Positions 28,496-40,309 of a DNA stretch of 64,000 nt are shown here, piece by piece. The DNA comes from the human T2T-CHM13v2.0 reference genome, Homo sapiens. The position numbers were made by a program, and so were the translations under genes. The stretch is from the NCBI RefSeq assembly GCF_009914755.1, contig NC_060938.1; one strand, 5' to 3'. The notes beneath the pieces were generated by a model. It ran no database searches. It was not told the origin of the DNA and saw only the letters and a list, made by a program, of their open reading frames with translations. Every line of letters starts with the position of its first letter. The first letter of the stretch is position 1.

Positions 28496-28781
28496 TTCAG
28501 TTACAAATTCTACCCTCACTTTGTATATAGACACCTGGTGTCTGTATTCTCCTTCCTCATGCTTTCTAACAGTTATGATGCACAGCTCCAGGTAACACAG
28601 GACTTAGACCTCAGTTTACCCAAGGTATGGTAAGTTTCTTGTAGCTCCTGAGGTAAATATGTTATTTTTTAAAATAACATAATAGTAGGTGCTCTGTGGG
28701 ACCCAGATATTTTCTTCTCAGCACTCAATGTTGCTATAAGCCTGCTTGTCTCTGCCTAAGGGTTTTCACTGGTCACAAGAG

Positions 28782-29817
28782 TGTAACCGCCCAATGGGTT
28801 CACCTTGCTGGCTGTCTAGACAGAACTGATATATCAAAACTGGAATTGCAATGGCGAAAGAGTAATTCACACAGAGCCCACTGTGCAGGAGACCGGAATT
28901 TTATTATTACTCAAATCAGTCTCCCTGAGCATGCATGCAGGGATCAGAGGTTTTTTTTGTTTGTTTGTTTGTTTGTTTTTTGAGATGGAGTCTCACACTG
29001 ATGCCCAGCTAGAGTGGTGCAATGGTGCGATCTCGGCTCACTACAACCTCTGCCTCCTGAGTTCACGTGATTCTCCTGCCTTAGCATCCCGAGTAGCTAG
29101 GATTACAGGCGTACACCACCACACCTGGCTAATTTTTTGTATTTCCTGTAGAGACGGGTTTTCACTATGTTGGCCAGACTGGTCTAGAACTCCTGATCTC
29201 ATGATCTGCCCCCATCGACCTCCCAAAGTGCTGGGATTATGGGCGTGAGCCACGGTACCTGGCCTCAGGGATCAGAGTTTTTAAGGATAATTTGGCAGAT
29301 ATGGGTTCGGAAAGTGGGGAGTGCTGATTGGTCGGGTTGAAGATGAAATCATAAGGGATCGAAGTGAGTTCTTCTTGCTGACTTCTGTTCCCAGGTGGGA
29401 TTGCAGAACTGGTTGAGCCAGTGGTGTCATCTGCTGCATTGGAATGCAGGGTCTGCAAAATATCTCAAGCACTGATCATAGGTTTTACAATAGTGATGTT
29501 ATTCCCGGAAGAAATTTGGGGAGGATCAGACTCTTGCAGCCAGAGCCTGCATGGCTCCTAAACCATAATTTGTTAGTCTTACAAAGGCAGACTGGTTCCA
29601 AGATAAGAAGGGGTTGTTCAGGAAAGAGCTATTATCCATTTTGTTTCAGAGTTTAAACTATAAACTAAATTCCTTCCCAATGCTAGTTCGCTAGTTTGGC
29701 CTACACCCAGGAATGAACAAAGACAGTTTAGAGATTAGAAGAAAGATGGGGTTGGTTAGGTCTGATGTCTTTCACTGACATAATTTCCTCAGTTATAATT
29801 TTGCAAAGGCAGTTTCA
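28782..29817 (-). mobile_element. LTR8 ERV1 solo LTR containing an Alu
   Basis: Ends TGTAACCGCCCAATGGGTTCACCTTG ... TTTTGCAAAGGCAGTTTCA; 4-bp TSD AGAG at 28778-28781 and 29818-29821. Confidence 0.9.
28951..29264 (-). mobile_element. Alu (AluS, Sg-like) inserted in LTR8
   Basis: Reverse Alu with (TTTG)n tail; TSD CAGGGATCAGAG at 28938-28949 and 29266-29277. Confidence 0.95.
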
Positions 29818-30114
29818 AGAGCATGCTTACTTTCACACAGAGCAGGCTGGAATTGCCAGGAATTAACACTTTCAGGAGTATCCTTCAATCAATGATGAAT
29901 AGAAATTGATGGATAAATACAGCAGAATATTTGCTTACCAGTGGGACAAGTATCTCCCACATGCCCCAGTGGAATTTAACCCAAGTTGGACATACTGGCT
30001 GCCTGCTTAGTAACATGCCTTGTATTGTACTTCCTTAATCTCACATCTTGTTCAACTACCAGTGCTTGATGGAATGATGTCAAATAATCTACCTCCATCT
30101 AAATTCTTGTTTCA

Positions 30115-30390
30115 GGCCAGGCACGGTGGCTCATGCCTGTAATCTGAGCACTTTGGGCAGCCAAGGCAGTGCAGGAGTTCGAGGCCAGCCTGACCAACAT
30201 GGTGAAACCTTGTCTCTAATAAAAATACAAAAATTAGCTGGGCTTGGTGGCAGGCAACTGTAATCCCAGCTACTACGGAAGTGGAGGCATGAGAAGCTCT
30301 TGAATCCAAGAGTTGGAGATTGCAGTGAGCCGAGATTTTGCCACATGCACTCCAGCCTGGGTGACAGAAACTCCTTCTCAAAATAAATAA
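30115..30390 (+). mobile_element. Alu (AluS) with short left-arm deletion
   Basis: Lacks the GATCACCTGAGGT segment; degenerate TSD AAATTCTTGTTTCA / AAATCTTTGTTCTA. Confidence 0.92.
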
Positions 30391-31413
30391 GTAAATCTTT
30401 GTTCTAGGGTCTTCTTGTGGGAAAAACAGTAAAAGTCAAATAATGTTTAAGATTTTATTTCATTATTTGGTTGCTGCTTGAGATTGAATAATATTCTCTA
30501 CAGATAGATTTTATAATTTATAACTAGACCTTAAGCCCTTCTTTCTCATGCACGAGATATTTCTGACTGGTCACATTTTAGGAGGATACAATTTATGTGT
30601 TAAAAATGTTTTCCCAGAAAAGCAGAACAACACATCCTCAAATGGAGTATGTGGACTGAATGAGGATATCAGCCTTGACCAAATGAAATAAAAGCCACAA
30701 GTCCTTCTCCAGATTTTCTTGTCTACAAAGGCCTCCAGAGACTATTAAATAAGCTATGTGTTCAATAATAGTTTTTTGAATTGGTAAATTAATTCATTTA
30801 TTCCACATTAGATTTTAGCAGTGATATTTTAAAAATAGATAGAGATAAATAGTTATTAGATATTTGAAGGAGGTGTAGAGAAGTTAATAAAGAAAAAAAG
30901 TCAGGATAAATGGAAAAAATTGAAAGCATTCCCCTTAAGTATGTGAACAGGACAAGGATGTCATTCTCACCACTCCTATTTAACATAGCAATGAAGTCCT
31001 AGCCAGACCAATCAGGCAAAAGAAAGAAATAAAAGGCATCCAAATTGGAAACTAGGAAGTCAAATTATCTTTGTTCGCTGATGACATGATTACATGCCTA
31101 GAAAACCCTAAAGATTCCTCCAGAAGATTTCTAGACTTAATAAACGACTTCAGTGAAGTTTCAGAATACAAAATCAATGTAAAAAAATCAGTAGCCAATA
31201 CACCAATAATATGCAAGATGAGAACCAAATCAAGAACTCAATCTCATTTATGACAGCTACGCAAAAAAACAAAACACCTAGCAGAACATTTAACCAAGGA
31301 GGTAAAAGATCTCCACGTGGTGGAGTTAAAAAAACTGATGAAAGAAATCATAGATGACACAAAGAAATGGAAAAACATCCCATACTCATAGACAGAAATA
31401 ATCACTATAGTTA

Positions 31414-31883
31414 AGTGAAAGGAAAATAAACGTTGGAGCCCCCAAATCACTAAGCTAAAGGGAAAAGTCAAGGTGGGAACTTTTAGGGCAAAACTGCCTT
31501 CCATTCTATTCAAAGTCATCCCTCTGCTCCCTGAGATAAATGCATATCTGATTGTCTCCTTTGAAGAGGCTAATCAGAAACTCAAAGGAATATAACCATT
31601 TGTCTTATCTACCTATGACCTGGAAGCCCCCTTCCCCGCTTTGAGTTGTCCAGGCTTTGCTTCAAGTTGTCCTGCCTTTCCAGACTAAACCAATGTTCAT
31701 CTTACATATGTTGATTGCTTTCTCATGTCTCCCTAAAATGTACAAAACCGAGCTATTCTCTGACCACCTTAGGCACATGTCATCAGGACCTCCTGATCCA
31801 TGTCACGGGCACACATCCTTAACTTTGGCAAAATAAACTTCCTAAATTGACTGAGATCTGACTCAGATTTTTTGGGGTTCACA
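31414..31883 (+). mobile_element. MER4A1 ERV1 solo LTR
   Basis: GTGAAAGGAAAATAAA...CCCCAAATCACTAAGCTAAAGGGAAAAGTCAAG...GGGTTCACA; TSD GTTA at 31410-31413 and 31884-31887. Confidence 0.9.
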
Positions 31884-32755
31884 GTTAAAATAACCATACT
31901 GTCCAAAGCAATGTACAGATTTAACACAATTCTTATCAAATTATCAATGTCATTTTTTACAGAGTTGGAAAAAAAAATCCTAAAGTTTATATGGAACCAA
32001 AAAAGAGCCCAAATAGCCAAGCAATCTTAAGCAAAAAGAGCACACCTGAAGGCATCACATTACCTGACTTCAAATTATACTACAGGGTACAGTAAATAAA
32101 ACAGCATGGTACTGTTACCAAAATAGACACACAGGTCAATGTGAAGTAAAGTCACATACCCACAAGCCACTGACCTTTGACAAAGTCAACAAAAGTTAAC
32201 AATGTAAAAAGGACACCCTATTTAATAAATGGTGCTGAGAAAGTTGGCTAACCAATTCTTTACACGGAAGAATGAAACTGGACTCCAGTCTCTCATCATG
32301 TACAAAAATTAACTGAAGATGGATTAAAGACTTAAACATAAAACCTGAAACTATTAAAATCCTAGAAGAAAACCTAGGAAAACTCTTCTGAGTATTGACC
32401 TAGGCAAAGAGCTTAGAACTAAGACCCCAAAAGCAAATGCAATTAAAACAAAAATAGACAAATGAGACTTAATTTACCTAAAAACCTTCCACACAACAAA
32501 AGAAATAACAGAGTCAACAGACAACCTAAAGAATAGGAGAAAATATTTGCAAATTATGCCTTTGACAAAGAACTAATAATATCCAAATCTACAAGAAACT
32601 CAGATATCTCGACAAGAAAAAACACAACCATCAAGAAGTGGGCAAAGGACATAAAAAGATATTTTTTCAAAAGAAGACACATGAGCTGCCCACAAACATA
32701 TGAAAAGATACTCAACATCACTAATCATCAGATACATCAAAATTAAAACCGCAAT

Positions 32756-33488
32756 TGTTACAATAGATAGCTAGTCTGACATGAGCAGAGCAGTAGAGGG
32801 CTCCCCTCACCCCCTAACCCCCTCTACATTGGGAATATTAGGCGACCATCAGGTGATAGGCAGTTGTTAACTATCTCTTTGAAATAATAATTGGTCACAG
32901 CCAGCACCAGGGAAAGGCAGTCTCCCAAAAAACAGAAACACCTGAAGCTTGTGATCAGCACTTTCCAGATAAGATCTCAGGATTTGGGTGAGTGGGCTCA
33001 CACATGTGCACTAAGAGGCAAAATGGTAGATTTTAACTGGTATATGATTTTCTAGGGCTATTTGGCTGGTAAGGGAAGAATGCCTCAAGTAAGCATGCTT
33101 ACAACTCCAGTAAACAGTGTACATGCAGCCACTCCCAAGTGCTGGCAGGCCACTGCACATGCGGACAGCCCACCCCAAGAGAAGAATCAGGGGAGAAGGG
33201 ATGCAATTCCCTGGAAGTATGCCAACACATAAAACCCCAAGTCAAAAGGTCAAACACTGCACTTGGCTTTCAAGTCACCTACTTAGCCTTCTTCCTAACG
33301 TTCCTTTTGTTCCTTCCTTCCTTCGTTCCTTTTGTTCCTCCTCTAAAGCTTTTTAACACGTTTTCACTCCTGCTCTAAAACTTGCCTCAATGTCTACTTT
33401 TACCTTATGCCCCTCAGTCGAATTCTTTCTTCTGAGGAGGTAAAAATTGAAGTTGCTGCAGACGTGCCCCAATTCACCGCTGGTAACA
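32756..33488 (+). mobile_element. MER50 ERV1 solo LTR
   Basis: TGTTACA..TAGCTAGTC.GACATGAGCAG...CACCGCTGGTAACA; TSD CAAT at 32752-32755 and 33489-33492. Confidence 0.88.
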
Positions 33489-34408
33489 CAATGACATATC
33501 ATCTTACACAAGTCAGATGACTATTATTAAAAAGTCAAAAAACAACAGATATTGGTGTGGATGCAAAGAAAAGGGAACACTTATACACAGTTGGTGGGAA
33601 TGTAAATTAGTTTAACCCGTTTGGAAAACAGTATGGAGATTTCTCAAAAAAACTCAAAATAGGACTAGCAATTCCACTACTGAGTATCTACCCCCCACAA
33701 TAAATCATTATATATAAAAAGACACCTGCACTTGTATGTTTATTGCAGCACTATTCACAATAGCAAAGTCATGGAAACAACCTAAGTGTCCATCAGTGAT
33801 TGATTGGATAAAGAAAACCTGGTATATATACGACATAGAATACTATGTAGCCATGAAAAAGAATGAAATAATTTCCTTTGCAGCAACATGGATGGAGCTG
33901 GAGGCCATTATCCTAAGTAACTAAGAAACAGATAATCAAATACTACATATTCTCACTTATAAGTGGGAGCTAAACAATGGGTACATATGGACATAAACAT
34001 GGAAATAATAGATATTGGAGGTTCCAAAAGCGGGGAAGGTGGGAAGGAGTAAGGGCTGGGAACTTACCTGTTGGGTACAATTTTCGTATTTGGATGATGC
34101 GTACACTGGAAGCCCTAGCCCCAACATTATGCAATATATCCACCATGTAACATACTTGCATATGTACCTTCGAATCTAAAATAAAATACAATTTTTAAAA
34201 AGAGAAAAGAAAAATGTCAGGTTTTGTTTTCTTTATTTTAGATTAATTAGGTAATATAATGTTTAATGGGCCCAAATATAATTGACAATAATTCATGAAC
34301 ATTTTATACTGATATATTCAAATATTTCCATGTTTGTTATAATAAAATATATGTTTTAGAAATAAATTTGAATGCAGTAATTTCAATAATTAAGTATTTT
34401 CTCTTGTC

Positions 34409-34611
34409 CAATATTTATTTCACTCAAAATTATGTCCATTAAACAGTTTCATCAGAGCTTTCCTGATGCATGACTCTGGCACAAGAAAATGTATTTCTTT
34501 AAATATTCATTACCATTTATAGGAAAGAAAATTTACGTGCCTAGAGTCATGCATCACGAAAGCTGCAATGAAATTGTTTAATGGACATAATTTTGAGTGA
34601 AATAAATATTG
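34409..34611. repeat. Long inverted repeat (arms 74/75 bp, spacer 54 bp)
   Basis: 34409-34482 is the reverse complement of 34537-34611; outer 37 bp perfect, then 5 substitutions and one 1-bp indel. Confidence 0.95.
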
Positions 34612-34639
34612 CCTTTCTGCTCTAATTTAATTTAGAAAG

Positions 34640-34905
34640 CCATTAGAGTCACTTTAAAAAATTATATATACCTGGATTAATGCTTTTACTCTCTAATAAC
34701 TTCCCATTGTACTTAAAATAACCTAAAACTCCTTATTTATTTACAGTACTTTTCATAATGGTGCTGTTCTTACATCCCCAATGTATTTCAAGCTATACTT
34801 CACACCTTAACCCGTTCCGGCCCTCTGGCCTTCTCTCAGGTCCTTTCCTACCCAGTCTCTTACGCACCTCAGGACTGCACTGCATGTAGTATTTCCTTGG
34901 ACAGT
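34640..34905 (+). mobile_element. L2 fragment
   Basis: CTTCCCATTGTACTTAAAATAA..AAACTCCTTA; CTGGCCTTCTCTCAG...ACCTCAGGAC. Confidence 0.5.
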
Positions 34906-36262
34906 GATCATGTTAGGAAATTTATTTCAAAAATTTAAAAAGCAGTAAAAGGCAGTTCTCTAACTTAAACAGTAAGAAGTGCTGGTGTTAAAATAATCAC
35001 CAGAATTTATTTGAAGAGGCCTATTTTCTACCAGTTAATAGGTATCTCAGGAAAGAAGCTTTAGGCTTGTTAAGATCTGTAGTACTTTTATCTGTGAAGA
35101 TAAAGAACATTTGTGTCTTTAGTTGGGAATTATCTGTAGTATTTCTTCACAAGTTTTGCCATATATTTTCATTTCTGTGTAGAGAAAAACAGGTTTTTCT
35201 CTACAGAGAAATTTTAGATTCCTTTCAAGTGATTTATTTCTCCATATTTCAATAATTTTGTTATTTAATGGATACTCAGGCTAATATTTAATATAACTAC
35301 CAGATCACTAAATTTAGCACTAGTTATCCCAAATTAAGCAGAATAGAGTGATCTTTTATGTCATAATCATCATTACCAAGTTCCCGTGGCGATAGAGTGC
35401 ATTATCACTTTGAAAAAAAGTTAGTAATATTTCAATTTGTATATTTTTATTACACCTATTACTTTGACCTATAAAATAGATCCTGAAATTAAATGTTGTA
35501 CTAGCTTTTCCTGCTGCAGTAAATGTTATTTTGAACAAGTCATGATTTTTATGATTCCCTCCTATAAATGGTAATAAATATTTTAAAATTTAAAGTGTCA
35601 GTGCTAAGGCAAAGTGAGGACTAGTTAGATGAGTTTGTTGACTGCCCTATTAATGCATTGTCTCTATTGATTTCAAATTATTTATATGGAGGCAAGTTGC
35701 TTCTGGTTAAAATAACTCAAGTGATAACTATGATTGGTGCTGAGTCTACGTCTGAAAAGAAAAAGGAATTCTGAATTGGTGTTTAGTGATAACAGATATG
35801 AAGAGATTAGTTCCCTTGGTCAAAGAGTAACTTCAAAAGTTAGGTATAGTACATAGGTAGAGAACATCTGAGCCTCTGTGTGCAACAAATACGCACAAAG
35901 AGACAGAGAAATCTGTGTCGAATTTAGGTAGTCCTTGACTCTCTCTAGTAGCCAATGAACTGATAGGAAGGTATTGTCCCATGACAATAAAGCTTTCAGT
36001 TTAAGCTATATTTGGAGATGCCCTTAGTTGTGTTGGGGAAAATTAAGAAAATGAACGTACATTTGTAAGTAGGACAAAGTGGTACTGGGTTTAGCAGCAT
36101 CAGCTCAAGGGACGCAGATGCAGAGTCTTCGGTTAAGTGTTCCTTTGCTCGGAAACAGTCAACTAAGAATGGAACTGAATTCAGAATACTATAATCAGCT
36201 GGCTGGCCAATGTAGTGAGCAAAGGACAAAATGGTCGTGGAGTTTATAGGCACCCCTAAAAG

Positions 36263-36435
36263 TAATAGTTTTCAAACTATGGGCTCAGAAATAACAGCAT
36301 CAACATCAACTTGGAACATTAGAAATATAAATTCTTGAACCCAACCCACCCCTACTAAACTGAAAGTCTGGGGATGGGATCCAGCAATTTCATTCTTCGG
36401 GTGATGTGGATGAATGCTAAATTTCAGAAACATTG
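36263..36435 (+). mobile_element. MER5A hAT-Charlie MITE
   Basis: CAGCATCAACATCAACTTGGAAC..TTAGAAAT...CTGGGGATGGGATCCAGCAAT. Confidence 0.75.
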
Positions 36436-38938
36436 CCCCAGAAATCTTCCCAAAAAGAATATGAATTTGGAAAAAAGACGATTTTTAGCAGCTAAGCAGT
36501 ATGATAGCTTTAAGTAAAAGCCAGTGAAACAGTGGTTTCATGTAATAGACTGATAAGATTTGGGCATTTGAGTTTTATACATTAATATAACTTTATTTAA
36601 ATAAAAGGCTTGATTGAATTTGGGTTGCAGAAAGTTACTATTTTTTTCAGTTAAAGAAATAATTAACAATCCAATTACACTCTTTAAAATTTCTTTTAAA
36701 ATAAAAAAAGACTACTTTAAAAATATTGTGTTAAAAGTTCAAAAATAGTCAATTAGATATACTATCCCTAAAGTCTAATTTTATATATCTACTAATGAAT
36801 TCAACATCTTTTGAAATTTACTTTAAAATTTCCTTATTTCTACAATAAATGTACATACCATAAAATCATGGTAGCTTGGTCATTAACTCTTTACTCAATC
36901 TAATTGCTGTTCAGAGAGGAACAATCTTTACCAATAAATGTATGATTTTAAACAGTCCCACAAATTAGCATTGCATCTACTGCTCACATGAGATATCTAG
37001 ACTTTAGAGATGAACAGCTAAGTTTGTAATAATTTGTAAAAATTATGTGCCCTTGCAAATGGTTAGAATATAAAGTTTGATGTTATTACAGTAAAATCAG
37101 AGTCAGCTGCAAAGTTTTATTGTAACATTTGCCAAATTATCTCAGCTATACACATTTCATATCATGACACCCCATTCAAATAAAATAGTGCTAGCAGCTC
37201 TCTCTTTTGTGTACTGATCAACAGATAATCCCGCTAGAAATCTTTTATCTTCTCCATTTTCATCTTTCCTTCACTGTGATTTCTGTCTTAAACAATAATT
37301 CAATAATTCAATGATGCAAACAGTTTTACTCAAACACTGCTATATCATTCCCTTTTAGTAAAGTGTCTGCTATGCAATTTATTCAATATAATAAAACTAA
37401 AAGAGCTATGAATTTATCTAATTTTTTCTTAACCTAGAGTTTTATGTACTTATAAGTATTTTGTAGAATATAACGAATTCTTCTTTTTCCTATATGTAAT
37501 TATTAATACATTCTAATTTGATTTTTGGACTTTATAGACATTCCTCCTTTAATAACACCATAATATCTATTACCTTATTTGCATTGGAAATTTTATATAA
37601 TATTTTTAAGCTCTTCTTGATTAAGTCTTAGATAATTTTGGAAAGCAATCACGTTTTTAAAAAGTGGAATACAATATTTTATTTTTTATCATGGCCAACA
37701 ATCTGTATCTTACACAACGCCATTCTTGACTGCATGCATTGTAAGATTTAATACAATCAAGCATGAGTAAAAGATTACATACTACTCACATCAAAAATGT
37801 ATCACTGTAATTATTTTGAATTTTACATGCTGACTCTAAATCTTGGATTAGTAACAGGGCAAAGGTTTACGTTGTCATCAACACCTGAAAGAAGAAGAAC
37901 ACAAAAACAATGATAAAGCAGTACATTCTATCAGATTCTCCTGTATTTAGGCATTTTTATCATCCAATTTCATAATGCATAAAGATCAACAACTTGTTTT
38001 GCTAAGTTGCCTGGAAAGATGAAACTTAGACAGTTACAGTGGAAAAAAGCACATGAAAATGACACATCAAAGGCTGGTCCTGTAATGCCATTAGTTCACT
38101 AAAAGTTGCTGATGGTAATTAATCATGAATAAAATTAGGATAACATTCATGAAAACAAAGCAAGTTGAGAATCAGAAATCTTCTAGCCTTTTATTAAGTT
38201 TATTGTCCACGTTCGAGTTGGTCATATTGGACAAACATCTGAAAGTTCCTTTGGTAATATCTATAATCACCAAATGCAATAAACATAGCTGTATAATTCT
38301 ATATCCAACACAGTGCCAGGTAGTATCACTTAACATCTCTAGAAAACATATTTTCTTGTTGATTGTATTTTTGAATCATCTTGGAGCCTCTGATATGTCT
38401 GAATTAATGAATCAACATTCAAAAATTATGCTCCAAAAGACTTTTCGTCATTTTGTCTTCAACCTGACACAAGGGAATGCCATGTAGGAATCTAATATGA
38501 CATGTAAGGGATATTAAAATATTGACCTGATTGCTGACTTCATATTATCATCTCACTAGGGAGCCATCAGTCTCATAGATTAAATAAAAATAAATAGGAA
38601 AAAGAACCCATTCTTTTTGGTTGCCAACAGAAAAGTCTGCTTCCTTTTTAATTGTGTTCAATCGTCTTTGTCCTCAGACACCATGCATTGAAAATGTAAA
38701 AGAAAATATTTAGTTATTGGTGAAAGAATAATAATTTGGTGCTTTCTCCTAGAAATAAAAGCATTAAAGCTGTGGTTATACAAAATCATTTTTCTGTCTA
38801 TGAAGTTTTCAGATTTAAGACTCTAAAATGCATTGGAAACATTGTCTCAACACCCCAGTGGCATAATGTTTCCGAGTCCTCATTTAGAAAGAGGAAACAG
38901 AAAATATTTGAAGCATACATTTGCTAACAGGATTTTCT

Positions 38939-38983
38939 GAGCTCCCAGAAGTCAGGTAGAGCTCCCGGAAGTCAGGTAGAGCT
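38939..38983. repeat. 20-bp tandem duplication
   Basis: GAGCTCCCAGAAGTCAGGTA GAGCTCCCGGAAGTCAGGTA GAGCT. Confidence 0.95.
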
Positions 38984-39904
38984 ACCATGAGTGATGATAT
39001 CTAGGTTATCTTCACGGCATAGCTTTTTTTCCTATCAGATTAATTTGAGCAAGGAATCAGAAAGCTGGATTTGTAACCTCAAAAGAGTAAAATCGCCTTA
39101 CAATAAAAAAAAAATAAATAAGATCAATTTTTATTTTTGTCTCACTGTATGAATTTCTTACTATTGTTATATATCTGGTTTTAAATAAAAATATAGGCAG
39201 TTGTGGAATTGCTAATCCCATAAGGAGTTTCTGGTAATAAGAAATAAAAGGAACAATTTTTATTTTTAACATGTATTAAAGTAAATAACAATATATAAGT
39301 CCAGCTGTATAATTTATAAAATAAAAATTTCTATTTCAAATTCATGTACTTTCAGCACAGCATTCTCATTAGAAGACTATTGGAAAAAGATTTAAGTCGT
39401 TATCAAAATAAAACTTTTATTTAAGAGCAGGATAAACCTCTATAGTTAAGTAAAGCCAACCTAGTGTTTTTTTTTTTTAATTATTTACACTTTAAATGAA
39501 CTGTACTTAAATCTTTGCACTTAATTGCAAAGCTTAAATGATTTCATATGCACCTGTAATTACCTGTGTATCATAGCTTTGTTGTAGTACAGAGTTTATA
39601 TCTCTGTGCTTTTTCCCTATATTCGGTATAGCACGTGATTAGCAAACATTCAGTTGGACCATTGGATTAGATATTATTGCTTGTCTTCCCAAGTAAAATT
39701 ACTTGATCTGTTACTTTGAAGTTATGCAGAAGAACAGGCTCACAAGCCTTCATGAGGAATGTGACTGACGACACACCTGTCTTTTTAAGTCATTTGATAA
39801 ACTTTCATGCAGTTTGTTTAAAAGGGGCTGTCCCTGTCATTCCTTTTCACCAGAATACAACTTATAACTTGGAAAAGGAGAAAATAGCATACTCATTACA
39901 TATG

Positions 39905-40015
39905 CTATAATAACCTTGCACTGTAGATGTTATCATTATTTTTTTTAAAAAAATGAAACTGAAGCTTAGAGAGTCGAAGTGGATTGAGCAATGTCACAGA
40001 GCTTCTAAATAGTAT
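39905..40015 (-). mobile_element. MIR fragment
   Basis: GAAACTGAAGCTTAGAGAG...GTCACAGAGCT. Confidence 0.6.
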
Positions 40016-40309
40016 ATATTAAGTATGTTAACCTACCACTATCTGGAAACAAATTGTATGTTATTATAAATAAATACTTGGCTTTACCCAAAGTCAACTC
40101 TCTGATCATTGACATGAGCTATAATTTTATCTAATATTTCTAAATTATAATCACTCTGAAGAAGCTTCCCCATAAAACTACCTCAGTAACGTCAACAAAT
40201 ATGTGATTCTCTCAGATTCCAATATAGACATTAACATATAACAAAGCTGGTTACTTAAAGAGTTTCAATGTATGTGACACTTTAAGAAAATCTAATTGAA
40301 TTCCAGATT

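Larger units (their letters stand above)
28695..30438 (+). mobile_element. LTR16-like ERVL LTR, split by LTR8 and an Alu
   Basis: GGCTGGAATTGCCAGGAATTAACAC...CAATCAATGA...GATGGATAAATAC...CCCCAGTGGAATT; continuous once the inserts are removed. Confidence 0.65.
30906..34206 (+). mobile_element. 5'-truncated L1 (L1PA16/17-age), ORF2 RT domain to 3' end, with two nested LTRs
   Basis: RT motif FADDM (ORF 31071..31253); 3' UTR ...GAATCTAAAATAAAA; TSD AAGAAAAAAAGTCAGG (30890-30905) / AAGAAAAATGTCAGG (34207-34221). Confidence 0.9.

Noticed and set aside
31071-31253. ORF with the reverse-transcriptase motif FADD
   Set aside because: Fragment of a frameshifted, 5'-truncated, LTR-interrupted L1 ORF2; not a functional RT.
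38125-38487. 120-aa ORF in apparently unique DNA
   Set aside because: No recognisable domain, composition typical of AT-rich chance ORFs, and no supporting promoter or splice structure.
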